Of a DNA stretch of 64,000 bases, positions 52,571 to 64,000 are shown piece after piece. Position 1 is the first letter of the stretch. The number at the start of each line of letters is the position of its first letter. The position numbers were made by a program, and so were the translations under genes. Origin of the DNA: Octopus sinensis (lineage: Eukaryota); contig NW_021833440.1 in NCBI RefSeq assembly GCF_006345805.1, forward strand, positions 1-64,000, written 5' to 3'. Under the pieces are notes generated by a model that saw only the letters and a list, made by a program, of their open reading frames with translations, was not told where the DNA came from and ran no database searches.

Positions 52571-53469
52571 GCTATGCTATAATGTTATATTATACTACAA
52601 AAAAAAAAAACTGTAGCTATCGATAGAAACTGATCCCAAACAGGTCGGGATGAAGGAAACAACGTTGTACAAAGGCGAGGGATGCGAATGGGGTGGGAAG
52701 AGCTACACATGAAATAAAAACCACTGAACCAAATGAAATCTAAAATGAAAGTTATTTCTTCCAGGTACATTTGACATGCATCTTAGATACTTGGAGCAAA
52801 TTCAGACACGCTTGAATCAAGTCTGTAGGCAGACAGCAGCAGCAGCCCCCAAGAGAAGCAGCAACAACCACAGCTATCATTGAAGTTTCTAATTTCAGAC
52901 AGCAATTTTGAGAGGATGGAAATTGTTCGAGACCATGGGGTATGGTACTTGACTTGCTCTTTCTGCTTATCGACCCCGGTGGGATGAAAGGCAAAGCTGA
53001 CCTCGGAGCGATTTAATTGCAGAAAGTTACGAACCAGAACAAATACCGCAAGCAGTTTTGTCCGACGTTTTAAAATCACTACAAGTTTATCGACCGTGTA
53101 AATGAAAGAGAAAGTCGGTTGGCTTAAGTGAGATTCGAAATTAGAACGTAAAGGGACAAAACTAAATAGAATAAAGTGTTTTACCAGTGCACTATCCCTT
53201 TCGCTTCTCGCCGTTCTTTAATACTTCTTTCTAATCTTGGCACAACGCCGGCAATTTTGAAGAAAGGGGCAAGTCGATTACACTTTATTTTATTGACCCC
53301 GAAAGGATGAAAGATAAAGTTGATCTAGGCAAGATTTGAACTCAGAACGTAAGGAGCCGGAAGAAATTCAGCTTCGCATTTTATCCAACACGTTAATGAT
53401 TCTGCCATGTATTTATAAATTCCATCCTAGAATTACTGTTATTATTATATTTATCGGTATAACCACTTA

Positions 53470-53562
53470 AAGGCGGTGCGCTGGCAGTATCGTTAGAACG
53501 CCGACGAAATGCCAGTAAGCATTTCGCCCGGCGTGCTAACGTTTCTACCAGCTCGCCGCCTT
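53470..53562. repeat. Hairpin made of two inverted SINE A heads
   Basis: AAGGCGGTGCGCTGGCAG...CTACCAGCTCGCCGCCTT. Confidence 0.8.
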
Positions 53563-53615
53563 GTAGGAACTTTATTTGTTTACCTCTAACGTTACCTTAA
53601 CCGTTACTGTAAACG

Positions 53616-53654
<39 letters not shown>

Positions 53655-53842
53655 GGACAACAGAATGGTTGACAATTATGGATGGCATTAATTCATTTAT
53701 TTGAGAAGTTACATAGATTACCGCTTTTGTTCGAGAATAGCATACCCATATATTTTAATGTACGTACATGTCTATGTGTATGTGCATGTTTGTGGCTAAA
53801 TGAAGGTAGATTTGTCTCTCTCTCTGCCTCTCTCTCCCTAGT

Positions 53843-53873
<31 letters not shown>

Positions 53874-54397
53874 ATTGAGTCTTTCTGAATTGACATAAAT
53901 ATAATTATTTTCGCATATAACATATATATATCTTCTGGCAAACCAATTCTACGAGTGTGTTCGAAAATATACACAATACAGTAAAAATTCAGATTATATG
54001 AAAATGTTCACCAAAATCTTTACCTGGTTTTTATCATGAACATAACTTGCTTCCGGCATGAAAAATATTACACAGTATTATATAATGGTGATGGTGATAT
54101 TATAATAATATCATATAATGGTTATTATTAGCACATTGCCAACGTTTGAATCTTTGGATTTTCTTGTGATATTTTTCTGAAGAAAAAATATCTGCTAATT
54201 TCCTCATAGTGACTGAACTTTGGCCGGCTGAAGTGGGAACAGAAACATCTCTTCTGGCGAAATATGGAAAAGACATCGCAAGTGAAAAGAATTAGAAGCT
54301 GAATAGAGACGTAAAGCCAATAGAAGGTACACAGGGTGCATTCCAGAAGTTCTCAGACTTTTTCAGGAGAAACATTTATTAATTTCAAATAAGTAGG

Positions 54398-54874
54398 TAC
54401 AGGCGTGGCTGTGTGGTAAGAATTTTGCTTCCCAACCACATGGCTTCAGATTCAGTTCAAGTGCATGGTACCTTGGGAAAAGTGTCTTCTGCTATAGTCT
54501 CGGGTCGACCAAAGCCTTGTGAGTGGATTTGGGAGACTGAAACTGAAAGAAGCCCGTTGCATATATGTGAGTGTGTGTGTGTGTTTGTCCCCAACTGCTG
54601 CTTGACAACCGATGCTGGTGTATTTACGCCCCTGTAACTTAGTGGTTGGTGGAGGCACATGGCCTATAGCAGCGGACTCGTGGTCGAGGGATCATGGGTT
54701 CGAATCTCAGACCGGGCGATGTGTGTGTTTATGAGCAAAACGCCTAAGCTCCACGCGGCTCCAGCAGAAGGTAATGGCGAACTTCTGCTGACTATTTTGC
54801 CGCACCGCTAAGTTACGGGGACGTAAACACACTAGCATCGGTTGTCAAACGATGGTGGGGGGACAAACACACCA

Positions 54875-54934
<60 letters not shown>

Positions 54935-55272
54935 ACACATATACGACAGGCTTCTTTCAGTTTCCGTTTACCAAATCCACTCACAAGGCTTTAGTCGGCC
55001 CTAGGCTATAGTAGAAGACACTTGCCCAAGGTGCTACGCAGTGGGTCTGAACCCGGAACCATGTGGTTGTTAAGCAAGCTACTTATCATACAGCCATTCC
55101 TGCGCCTATATATATACGACGGGCTTCTTTCAGTTTCCATCTACAGAATCCACTCACAAGGCTATGGTCGACCCGAGGCTATACCAGAAGACAGTTGTCC
55201 TATGATGCCATGCAGTAGGACTGAACCTGGAACCAAGTGGTTGGGAAGCAAGCTTCTTATCACACAGCCACG
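54398..55272. mobile_element. SINE cluster: B + (54398-54645), C head + (54650-54800), B - (54805-55108), B - (55115-55272)
   Basis: Homology to other copies. Confidence 0.85.
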
Positions 55273-55577
55273 TAAATCCGCAGAAAAAATACACTGACAC
55301 GCAGCACGGTCGCGTAAACATACACAATACTCAGTGCATTCTGGGTAGCTTAGATTGCGGGTGGTTGCTAGGGGGCGAAGGTGCTTTTACAGTCCAAGAA
55401 GAATATTCGACACGTGTGATCATGGATCAGTCCGTAATAAGCGTAGCATGGTTCACAATGGGCCATACCGTGTTATCCTTGATCAGTGGTGAATGAATCA
55501 GTGATAAACGAAGACAGATGTATATATACATGTATGCATACATATATACGAACACATACTCATACATATATGTATTA

Positions 55578-55631
<54 letters not shown>

Positions 55632-55650
55632 CATGTATATCCACACACAC

Positions 55651-55697
<47 letters not shown>

Positions 55698-55741
55698 TAT
55701 ATACATACATGTATATACATATATATATGCGTGTTTATACA

Positions 55742-56438
55742 TAACTTAGAAAGGTTTTGGCCAGTATTGGCCCAGGCCATGTCTAACTTAATAGCACCAC
55801 CTGGTGAAGTCTTTCAGTTCAGGATTTGGGCACCAAGGCCCATTCGAGCAGAGAGTTATTGTTTGCGGAGACATATCCGGGTGTGGGTGGTTTGTCCGGT
55901 ACTGTTTGAAGGAATTTGTCCAAAGACTTCTTGAATTTTGTGTGGTCAGTTTCTTTTTTGACGTGCCCTGGTGTAATGTTGAAGAGAGCAGGTCCAATTG
56001 AGGTGAAATAGTTGTGCCGTATTGTCATTATGTGATGCGTTTTAGATTTTTGTTGTGGACGGATGGCACGTGGTCCAAGCCTTGGATGCATTTTGAAGGT
56101 GACGCCAACATCATTCGGACAGTGCTGGTGGAATATTTTCCACATCATACAGATAATGTAGCGTTCACGGCGTCGTTGGAGTGAATACAATTTCAGCTTC
56201 TCTAGTCTACCCCAGTAGTCAAGGTCTGACATGCCATCTATCTTTTTTGTGATTGACCTTTGGAGAGCTTCAATTCTCATAATATTTTGTTTTGTGTAGG
56301 GAGACCACAGTGGACAGCAGTATTCAAGGTGGGGTCGGGCAAAAGTGGAGAAGAGAAGGATAATAGCGTGGGAATTTCTCGACTGGAAGGTTCTGAGAAT
56401 CCAGGAAAACATTCTGCGGGCCATGTCAACTTTGCAGC
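55742..56438 (-). mobile_element. CR1-clade LINE 3' end with open ORF2 C-terminus (55819-56424)
   Basis: [13 protein letters not shown]...[12 protein letters not shown]...RLEKLKLYSLQRRRER...FKKSLDKFL; 3' hairpin GGCCAATACTGGCC and CTAAGTT. Confidence 0.9.
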
Positions 56439-56639
56439 TTATATGTGTATATATATATACTGCTTATATATATATACTTATATATACATACATGTATATA
56501 CACATATATATATATATATACGTGTATATATATATATACTTATATATATATACATACATATATATATATACATATATATATATATACATATATATATACG
56601 TGAAAACATGTCTACATACATACATGCATACATACATAC

Positions 56640-56842
56640 TACCAATCTTGAGAAATAAGGCTTCTCAAAACCAGAAAAGAGAAAGCTAATTCGAAGACTA
56701 CAGATCCAGTCCATCACTGGAACTGTAAAAATCTGTAAAACTCCAGAAGTTTATCATTTAAATATATACGATCATGTCTACATACGTAAGTATATGCATG
56801 AGAACACATACATAAAACAAAACGTACAAACCTACACACACA

Positions 56843-56916
<74 letters not shown>

Positions 56917-57060
56917 GCATATATACATAAATACATACATACAAACAAGAAGTACCCTGTTGTTGATGTTGAAATTCCAATGAAGGAGCATTGAATCTAG
57001 GTTAGAAACTGGCTCTTTCTCTATTGGCGAGGAATCTTGAAATAAAACTGAACAATGACA
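56640..57060 (+). mobile_element. (CATA)n-embedded RLE-type LINE 3' end with complete 3' UTR
   Basis: [33 protein letters not shown]; ends AATAAAACTGAACAATGA-CATACATAC. Confidence 0.75.
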
Positions 57061-57745
57061 TACATACGCACATACATGCATACATATTTGAGTACTGAAT
57101 GAAGAAAAACTGTTTCCGAAATTCAAACCTTTACATAAATGGTGACTCTGTCTTCTCTGTGCCATGTAATGAGGGCTACGAATACCTGGTTATTGATGAA
57201 AACATACTATGCAAAATTACATTAAACAAAGATGGAGGGAATAAAATATATTAAAACGGATTTAAAAATACGACCGAAAGAGCTTTACTTTTACAGCAAT
57301 ATCCCACAATACATTTGTAGTACCAACATTTGGGATACTTGGCTGTTCTATACGAAATTTCCTCCATAAATTTGAAGCCCATCTGACATCAACTTGATGC
57401 TTTCGCAAGAATTGTAATGTTGGTGATCTCTGTCTGAGAAGAAAAGAGAGGAAGATGAGAAGAGGTTATGATTAGTCGGGAAGCCATTGAGTGACGCATG
57501 GTGTCATTGAAACAACATCTGTTAAAGAGCAACAGTAAAAATAAATACATTATAGTCAAGTGCTCAAAGTGAAAAGGACAACATTCTACAAGAAGTGAAT
57601 TTTCCAAGAAGTACCCACTTACCAGTACTTACCTATGACCCACGAAGTACTGGACTGGCGTATCCCAATAAATTTTTTTTCAACTGACTTGTGTTTTAGT
57701 TTTTTTTTATGCGGCCCCTATAAAAATTATTAATAATTAATATGG

Positions 57746-58709
57746 TAATTAATTTTACCAAGTAGTGCTCAGTATGTAAGAGGACCATTTGAGGTATATT
57801 TAAAACATTACGTTATATAATTAGGGTTCAGTAAAATAATTTACTTTACCACACACTGAACTTTTAGAAATAGCAGCCAAAAAATCTTAGCTATTTCTTC
57901 TACTATAAGAAAATATATATTATTTTTGAGTATACATTGTCTGGGAGATTTTTTTTTATAGTAGAAGAAATAGCTAAGATTTTTTTGCTGCTATTTCTAA
58001 AAGTTCAGTGTGTGGTAAAGTAAATTATTTTACTGAACCCTAATTATATAACGTAATGTTTTAAATATACCTCAAATGGTCCTCTTACATACTGAGCACT
58101 ACTTGGTAAAATTAATTAATTAATTGATTTTACCCTTTTATTATTGATAATATAATTCTCTCTCCCTGTTTTTCAACTACAGTTCTCTGTAGGAATTTGT
58201 TTACTCAATAACTCACGTGGGTGGAAGCGGGATAAATGAAAAGCTTCATTCGTACTGTTTGAATTCGTTGGTACTGGCAGTCGAAGGTGGTTTGTCTGGG
58301 TTTACTCATATCAGACGGGTATGTTCGATTTTTAGTGCTCTCAAATCCAAATCTAAGAAATCTTTGAGCTGACGAAGGAAATGTTGAGTTTTAAATTCAG
58401 CTAATCCAGAAACGTACGTTCTCGAGTAATCTTAATGTACATGTGATCTTTTGTTATTTTTCCCTCCATACCTGCGTGAATTATTTTCGAGTATACATTG
58501 TTTGGGAGATTTTTCTTATAGTAGAAGAAATAGCTAAGATTTTTTTGCTGCTATTTCTAAAAGTTCAGTGTGTGGTAAAGTAAATTATTTTACTGAACCC
58601 TAATTATATAACGTAATGTTTTAAATATACCTCAAATGGTCCTCTTACATACTGAGCACTACTTGGTAAAATTAATTAATTAATTGATTTTACCCTTTTA
58701 TTATTGATA
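57746..58709 (+). mobile_element. Hammerhead-bearing non-coding retroelement (retrozyme/PLE pLTR-like): inverted arm, partial unit and full ~560-bp unit
   Basis: Inverted 57746-57914 vs 57948-58118; direct repeat 57919-58149 vs 58480-58709; hammerhead between the direct repeats; ends in (TA)n. Confidence 0.75.
58363..58426 (+). ncRNA. Type I hammerhead ribozyme (palindromic stem III, GUU site)
   Basis: TTTGAG/CTCGAG stem I; CTGACGA 58369-75; GGA/TCC plus GTTGAG/TTCAGC stem II; GAAA 58409-12; CGTACG; TT. Confidence 0.75.
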
Positions 58710-58904
58710 TATATATATATAATATATATATATATAAAATAATAAGGGTGAAAAATTGAATATTAATTTGATTAATATCAATTTAAAACCAGTGGTCTAG
58801 CATACTGAAAAATCTGAAGTTTCAGAAAAAATTATATTACATACATATAAAAAGGGATTACCTGTAAGTGGACTTCCATTATGCTAGAAGAAGATTATGC
58901 TAGA

Positions 58905-59759
58905 AGATTTTTTGACTGCTATGTCGTCATTTTTCGGTGTATTTCAACCAGAAAAATTTCCACTTAAAGAGAATAACAAGCAACATAATGCAAAACTTTA
59001 CTTTCCAAAAATTCCAATTCTAAAGGGTCGAAAAGAATTTTTTTGTGATGTCATTGGCTTTGAGCGAACGATGGATCAGCTGATCCAATGCAGAGGAGTA
59101 ATGTTCGCTGCGTGAATGCACTAATTTTCAAGATCGTCAGCGTTGAGTACAATTCAGCAATATCAATCGATTTTCTTTGAGAAAAACTAATTGCATTAGC
59201 GTAAGACAGAACATTGTGCGATCTGCATGCTGTTACTGTCTACGATGTTCAAGTCAAACTTTCAATAGGTATGTTTTGATTTTACAGATTTTTTTAGTTA
59301 TACGTGATGTAAAATAGTCGATTTTATTCATTTTACAGGTACAACCACGATTCATGTTGTCCACCCGTTTGGCTTCAAAATAACATTTTTTTTGTAACCA
59401 CAAACTGTTCTTACTAACGTTTTGGATTTTCCTGTACTTTTCTCTTAATGAATACTGTTGCAGTGTTAACTTCTTAATAGATTTTCAGTGCAGTTCGAAA
59501 CTTGAGGTTCATTTTGCTTTAAATCTACGGGTAATTTTTTCTCCATAATGTTAATAGAAGGAATATTAACCAACAATACCAACAATTGAAGTCGGCATTA
59601 CACATTTGCAGCACATTCAGAGCAAACTCGAGCATCGCCACACTATACTTTTATTCATAGATTGAAACTATGTCAAAACTTTGTTAACGCGACATCAAAG
59701 TCTGCCGTTTTACGTGCAACTAAAAAACAAACCCGAGCAACGCCGGGCTATAGTTCTAG
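58905..59759 (+). mobile_element. Helitron copy with ~685-bp extra internal segment
   Basis: 58905-59035 matches about 1090-1214; 3' end CCCGAGCAACGCCGGG...CTAG at 59732-59759. Confidence 0.7.
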
Positions 59760-59837
59760 TATATATACATGTTATAATGTATATATATAAAAATTAAAAA
59801 TTGTATAATACAGCAGCATTTTCGAACTTCATTTTTT

Positions 59838-59927
<90 letters not shown>

Positions 59928-60124
59928 TGTATGTATGTATGTCCACTCTTTGACGGTTCTTATCTTTCGTCCCGCAGGATGTCCAATAATCACTTGCCTC
60001 ATCAAGCAAGCCTGGTGGAGTTGCTAGTTTAGTCACCGACGACTCGATTATGCAACAGGTTGTACTGGGTTACATGTTACCAGTAGCACTTAAGAATGAC
60101 CTAACACATGACCTGCTTTAAGTC

Positions 60125-61885
60125 GACATGGGATTGGAAAATATAATAAAAATGGAGTAGCGCTTTTGACGTTTTGTGCTGAGAATAATTTGGTTGTTAC
60201 CAACACTTTGTTTAAGCAGAAAAATAAATATAAAACCACCTGGATGCACCCAAGATCTAAGAACTGGCATCTCATAGATTCTATTTTGATCAGAAAGCGT
60301 GATATGAAAGATGTTTCTAGTGTTCGGGCCATGAGAAGAGCAGAGCGCTGGACTGACTATCGTCTAGTGCGTGGAAAAATGAATTCTTCGATAATTCGAT
60401 AACGACTAAGAGTCGATAGTCTGGTCCTAAGGCACCCAAAAAGTTAAATGCTGCAAACTTCAAATTACCAAGCAATTTTCAAAGATTCTACGATGCTATA
60501 AGAAAGTATAAATCTTGATCCAAACAATCTATGAGAAGATTTCAAAACAAAAGTATTTCAGGCTGTTAGTTCTTCAGTGGGATTTAGATCGCGTAAGTCC
60601 AGTGATTGGTTTTCAGAGAAATCACCAGAAATTTATGATCTGTCTTTAGAAAAACAAAATTTATGTAACGCACTTCTTTCTCAGTCTTTGAACCCCAACT
60701 TAAACGAAACTTAAAGGAAGCTGGAAGAAAAAGCACAGACTGTTCTAAGGAAAATTAAACAGGAATTGTCGAATGATAGAACAAAAAGGGACACAAGAAG
60801 CAGCTGAGTGAAATTATGCCAAAGGTTTGTACTCTTATGTTAAGAAGGTATATGGCCCAAAATCTTCAATACCTCTAGTGAGAACAGCACCGGGTAAAAC
60901 CTTTTTCTGCACTTTTGAATAGACCATCATCTGCTGATATGAGGATGATAAAAAAAAATCGAACACCTTCCAGTTATAGAAAAGATGGCATTTGAACCAA
61001 CTCTAAATGACCTTTATTTATCTGTGAATAAGCTGAATAACAGTAAGTCTCCAGGGTCTAATGGAATCTGTGCAGAAGTCTTGAAATATGGGGGTGATAA
61101 AATGTTCGAACTCTTAAATATATCAATTTGTCATTGTTGGAGGACTGGGAAAGTGCCTCAAGACTGGACTGATGCCATTATTGTCTCCTTGTATAAATCG
61201 GGGCCAAAGGATCTGTGTGATAATTTACGTAGGATTTCGGTTTTGTCTGTAATTGGAAGGTGCTTTCACGTATTCTGTTAGGACGTTTAAATTCCTTCAT
61301 AGTTCCAAATATAATGTCCGTGTCTGAATGTGGTTTTCGCTCCTCCAGGTGCAAAGTTCATTGATTCTATCTTTAGTATCAAACAATTTCAGGAAAAGTG
61401 CATTGAACATAAAATCTTGCGCTATACCACTACTTTGTTGATTTAAGCAAGGCATTCGATGCTGTTAATGGAAATGTTCTGTGTGGTTAATTCTAAGAAA
61501 AATAGGTTGCACAGAAAAATTTGTAAACATGATCAGAGCTTGGTATCAAGATATGAAGGCTAGAGTTAATTTTTGGCGGTAGGCACTCTGAAACTTTTGT
61601 TGTGGAAAATGGAGTAAAGAAAGGAGACTTTAATGCACCCACCTCTTTGCAATATACTTTGCTGTTGTGCTGTCACACGTTTTTCAAAACTCCGAGGAGG
61701 GTATTTACATAAAATATCGAACAACAGGGAATGTTTTTAATCTGACCAGACTGAAATTCAAAACGAAGGTTTTTACTTCAATCATTAGGTAACTCTTATA
61801 TGCTGACCATTGCGTTCTAGTCAGTCACTCTGAAACAGGTCTGCAATCTCTTGTAACTGCATTACACTCAGCTTGTGACTATTTT
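60125..61885 (+). mobile_element. Decayed RTE-clade LINE (APE C-terminus to RT)
   Basis: NGVALLTFCAENNLVVTNTLFKQ...TWMHPRSKNWHLID; KSPGSNGICAEVLKYGG; VPQDWTDAIIVSLYK; FVDLSKAFD; LLYADH; many stops and frameshifts. Confidence 0.9.
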
Positions 61886-62100
61886 GTTTTTAATATAATG
61901 TCTGGTCTGTTCACATCTATCTTTCTGTCAGTTTGAACGGTGAAGATCCAGAGGAGTGAGATATGGTCATTTTCAAGCACTGGAAGTGGTTTGTGTCATC
62001 ACTAGATTTTATCATGGAGCAGGTCCAAGTTTTTGCAAATTACCCAGTGAATATACTGTGCTGTTCTATCATACCTGCTGAGATACTCAGTAAATTTTCA
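61886..62100 (-). mobile_element. R4/Dong-clade RLE fragment
   Basis: EYLSRYDRTAQYIHWVICKNL...HKPLPVLENDHISLLW..TVQTDRKIDVNRPDII. Confidence 0.8.
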
Positions 62101-62343
62101 GTAAATTTATTACACAGCTCACTGGATCTGTTCTCTAATACTGCGAGTTCTCTTTCATTTATAAGTTTCAGAGAGGTTTGTACGTGGTACTTCTTGGCCC
62201 TTTATACAATGTACCATATTTCTCACAAGACTGAACCTAAAGTGACTTACGTTGACCCATTCAAAAGGTCAAATAACTCTACCGGAGAACCACCATATAT
62301 CCGAATTTTCAAAATAAATAAATAATTAAATGAATAAATAGAT

Positions 62344-62750
62344 GGAGTGGCTGTGTGGTAAGTAGCTTGTTTACCAACCACATGGTTCTGGGTTCAGTCC
62401 CACTGCGTGGCACTTTGGGCAAGTGTCTTTTACTATAGCCTCGGGCCAACCAAAGCCTTGTGAGTGGATTTGGTAGACGGAAACTGAAAGAAGCCCCTCG
62501 TATATATATATGTGTGTGTGTGTATGTTTGTGTGTCTGTGTTTGTCCCCCTAGCATTGCTTGACAACCGATGCTGGTGTGTTTATGTCCCCGTTACTTAG
62601 CGGTTCGGCAAAAGAGACCGATAGAATAAGTACTGGGCTTACAAAAGAATAAGTCCCGGGGTCGAGTTGCTCGATTTAAGGCGGTGCTCCAGCAGGGCCG
62701 CAGTCAAATGACTGAAACAAGTAAAAGAGTAAAAGAGTAAAAAGAGTAAA
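62344..62750 (+). mobile_element. SINE family B (young)
   Basis: Near-identical to 36400-36812. Confidence 0.9.
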
Positions 62751-62756
62751 GAGAGA

Positions 62757-62803
<47 letters not shown>

Positions 62804-63118
62804 ACAGATGTAAAGAGAATTCTTCCGAGACCAATAAAACCGGTAATAACTCAATTTAAATATTTACAGTAGAAATATAGCAGTGACAAAGTCGCAGAAG
62901 TACGACAGAAATTTTGATGCCTGTTGAAATAAACGAAGATTTAATAGCTAAAATAGTTACACATGCGCTAAAATTTACTCAGTAAAACATTTTTATATGA
63001 AAATTTTTCTCTGTAGAAAAACTGTTCAGTATTATGTGATTCTTTCTCTTTGTCTGACCGCATGCGTGCATGTGTGTGTTTGTGAATAAATATACACAGC
63101 TCTGGTGCGCGCGCACGG

Positions 63119-63156
<38 letters not shown>

Positions 63157-63475
63157 ACTCAGATTTAGCAGGTTATGAAGCTCGCATTCATGGCTATATG
63201 GTTAAGAAGCTCCTTGTGTAACCACGTGATGTCGTGTTCAATCCCGAAAAGCGTCATCAACTATAACTCCGGATAGACCCAATGTCTTGTGAGTAAATTT
63301 AGAAGATGAAAACTACAGAGAAGCCCGTCATATATACATACATACATACATACATACATATAGACATACATACATATAGACATACATACGTACACCATAC
63401 GTACATACATACGTATATACATACATGTCAGCGTTTATATATACTTTTGGGACACCCTGTATTATATATATATAT

Positions 63476-63535
<60 letters not shown>

Positions 63536-63788
63536 GAAACAGTGAGGGATCATCAATCCAGGCAAAATACTTCATAAGCTCTCTATTAGCATATCAGGCA
63601 AACTATATTACTTAGATTACTGAAGAACTCTAAGTAAACTTTTGTTATGTTCCACAGTTATGGTTCATCACAATTCTATATTGTAAATCCGTGGACGGGC
63701 TTCAGATAAACAGGTTTTTACAGAGTGATATATAAGAGACAAGTTAAAGTAAAGGTCATTGCATATAACTCTTTCATTATAGCAAATT

Positions 63789-63902
63789 TGGCTTACAGCC
63801 GTTTCCAGTAGTCATTACAGATAGGTTTACTCAATTGATGTATTGATCAATTGAGGTAAATTGAAAGACCTAAGACAATTAATGATTCCTTCATCAGAGC
63901 CA
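63789..63902 (-). ncRNA. Type I hammerhead ribozyme with long stem II insertion (GUA site)
   Basis: TGGCT/AGCCA stem I; CTGATGA; TCATTA/TAATGA and CTCAATTGAT/ATCAATTGAG in stem II; GAAA; CGGCTG; TA. Confidence 0.7.
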
Positions 63903-64000
63903 TTGCTGGAAATAAACAGAGTACTTGAGAAGTGCTTTGTTATATAGTATATAATATATATATATATATATATATATTTAAATTAGAAACAAAACACTAT

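Overview
AT-rich, repeat-saturated eukaryotic DNA with no recognisable host gene. The SINE families and microsatellite load suggest a coleoid cephalopod, probably Octopus; this is recognised from memory, not from a search. Nearly all ORF-track entries are microsatellite or SINE read-throughs. Supported content: (1) dozens of tRNA-headed SINEs from about four modular families; (2) truncated or decayed non-LTR retrotransposons (R4/Dong-type RLE, CR1, Tx1/L1, RTE, probable Vingi/Ingi); (3) a Penelope-like GIY-YIG fragment; (4) a decayed mariner, Tigger/hAT/piggyBac MITEs, and Helitron/Helentron derivatives. The most interesting signal is a set of type-I hammerhead ribozyme motifs. Three have a complete core and both stem I strands (27605, 58363, 63789) and at least four are variant or decayed. 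Most lie in non-coding elements beside microsatellites, several with partial-tandem or fold-back architecture, resembling Penelope pLTRs or retrozymes. Other notable points are apparent microsatellite-specific placement of different LINE clades, a 43-nt 3' tail shared by a Tx1-like LINE and a very abundant SINE, and at least six long inverted duplications. Alignments and folds were done by eye and boundaries are approximate.
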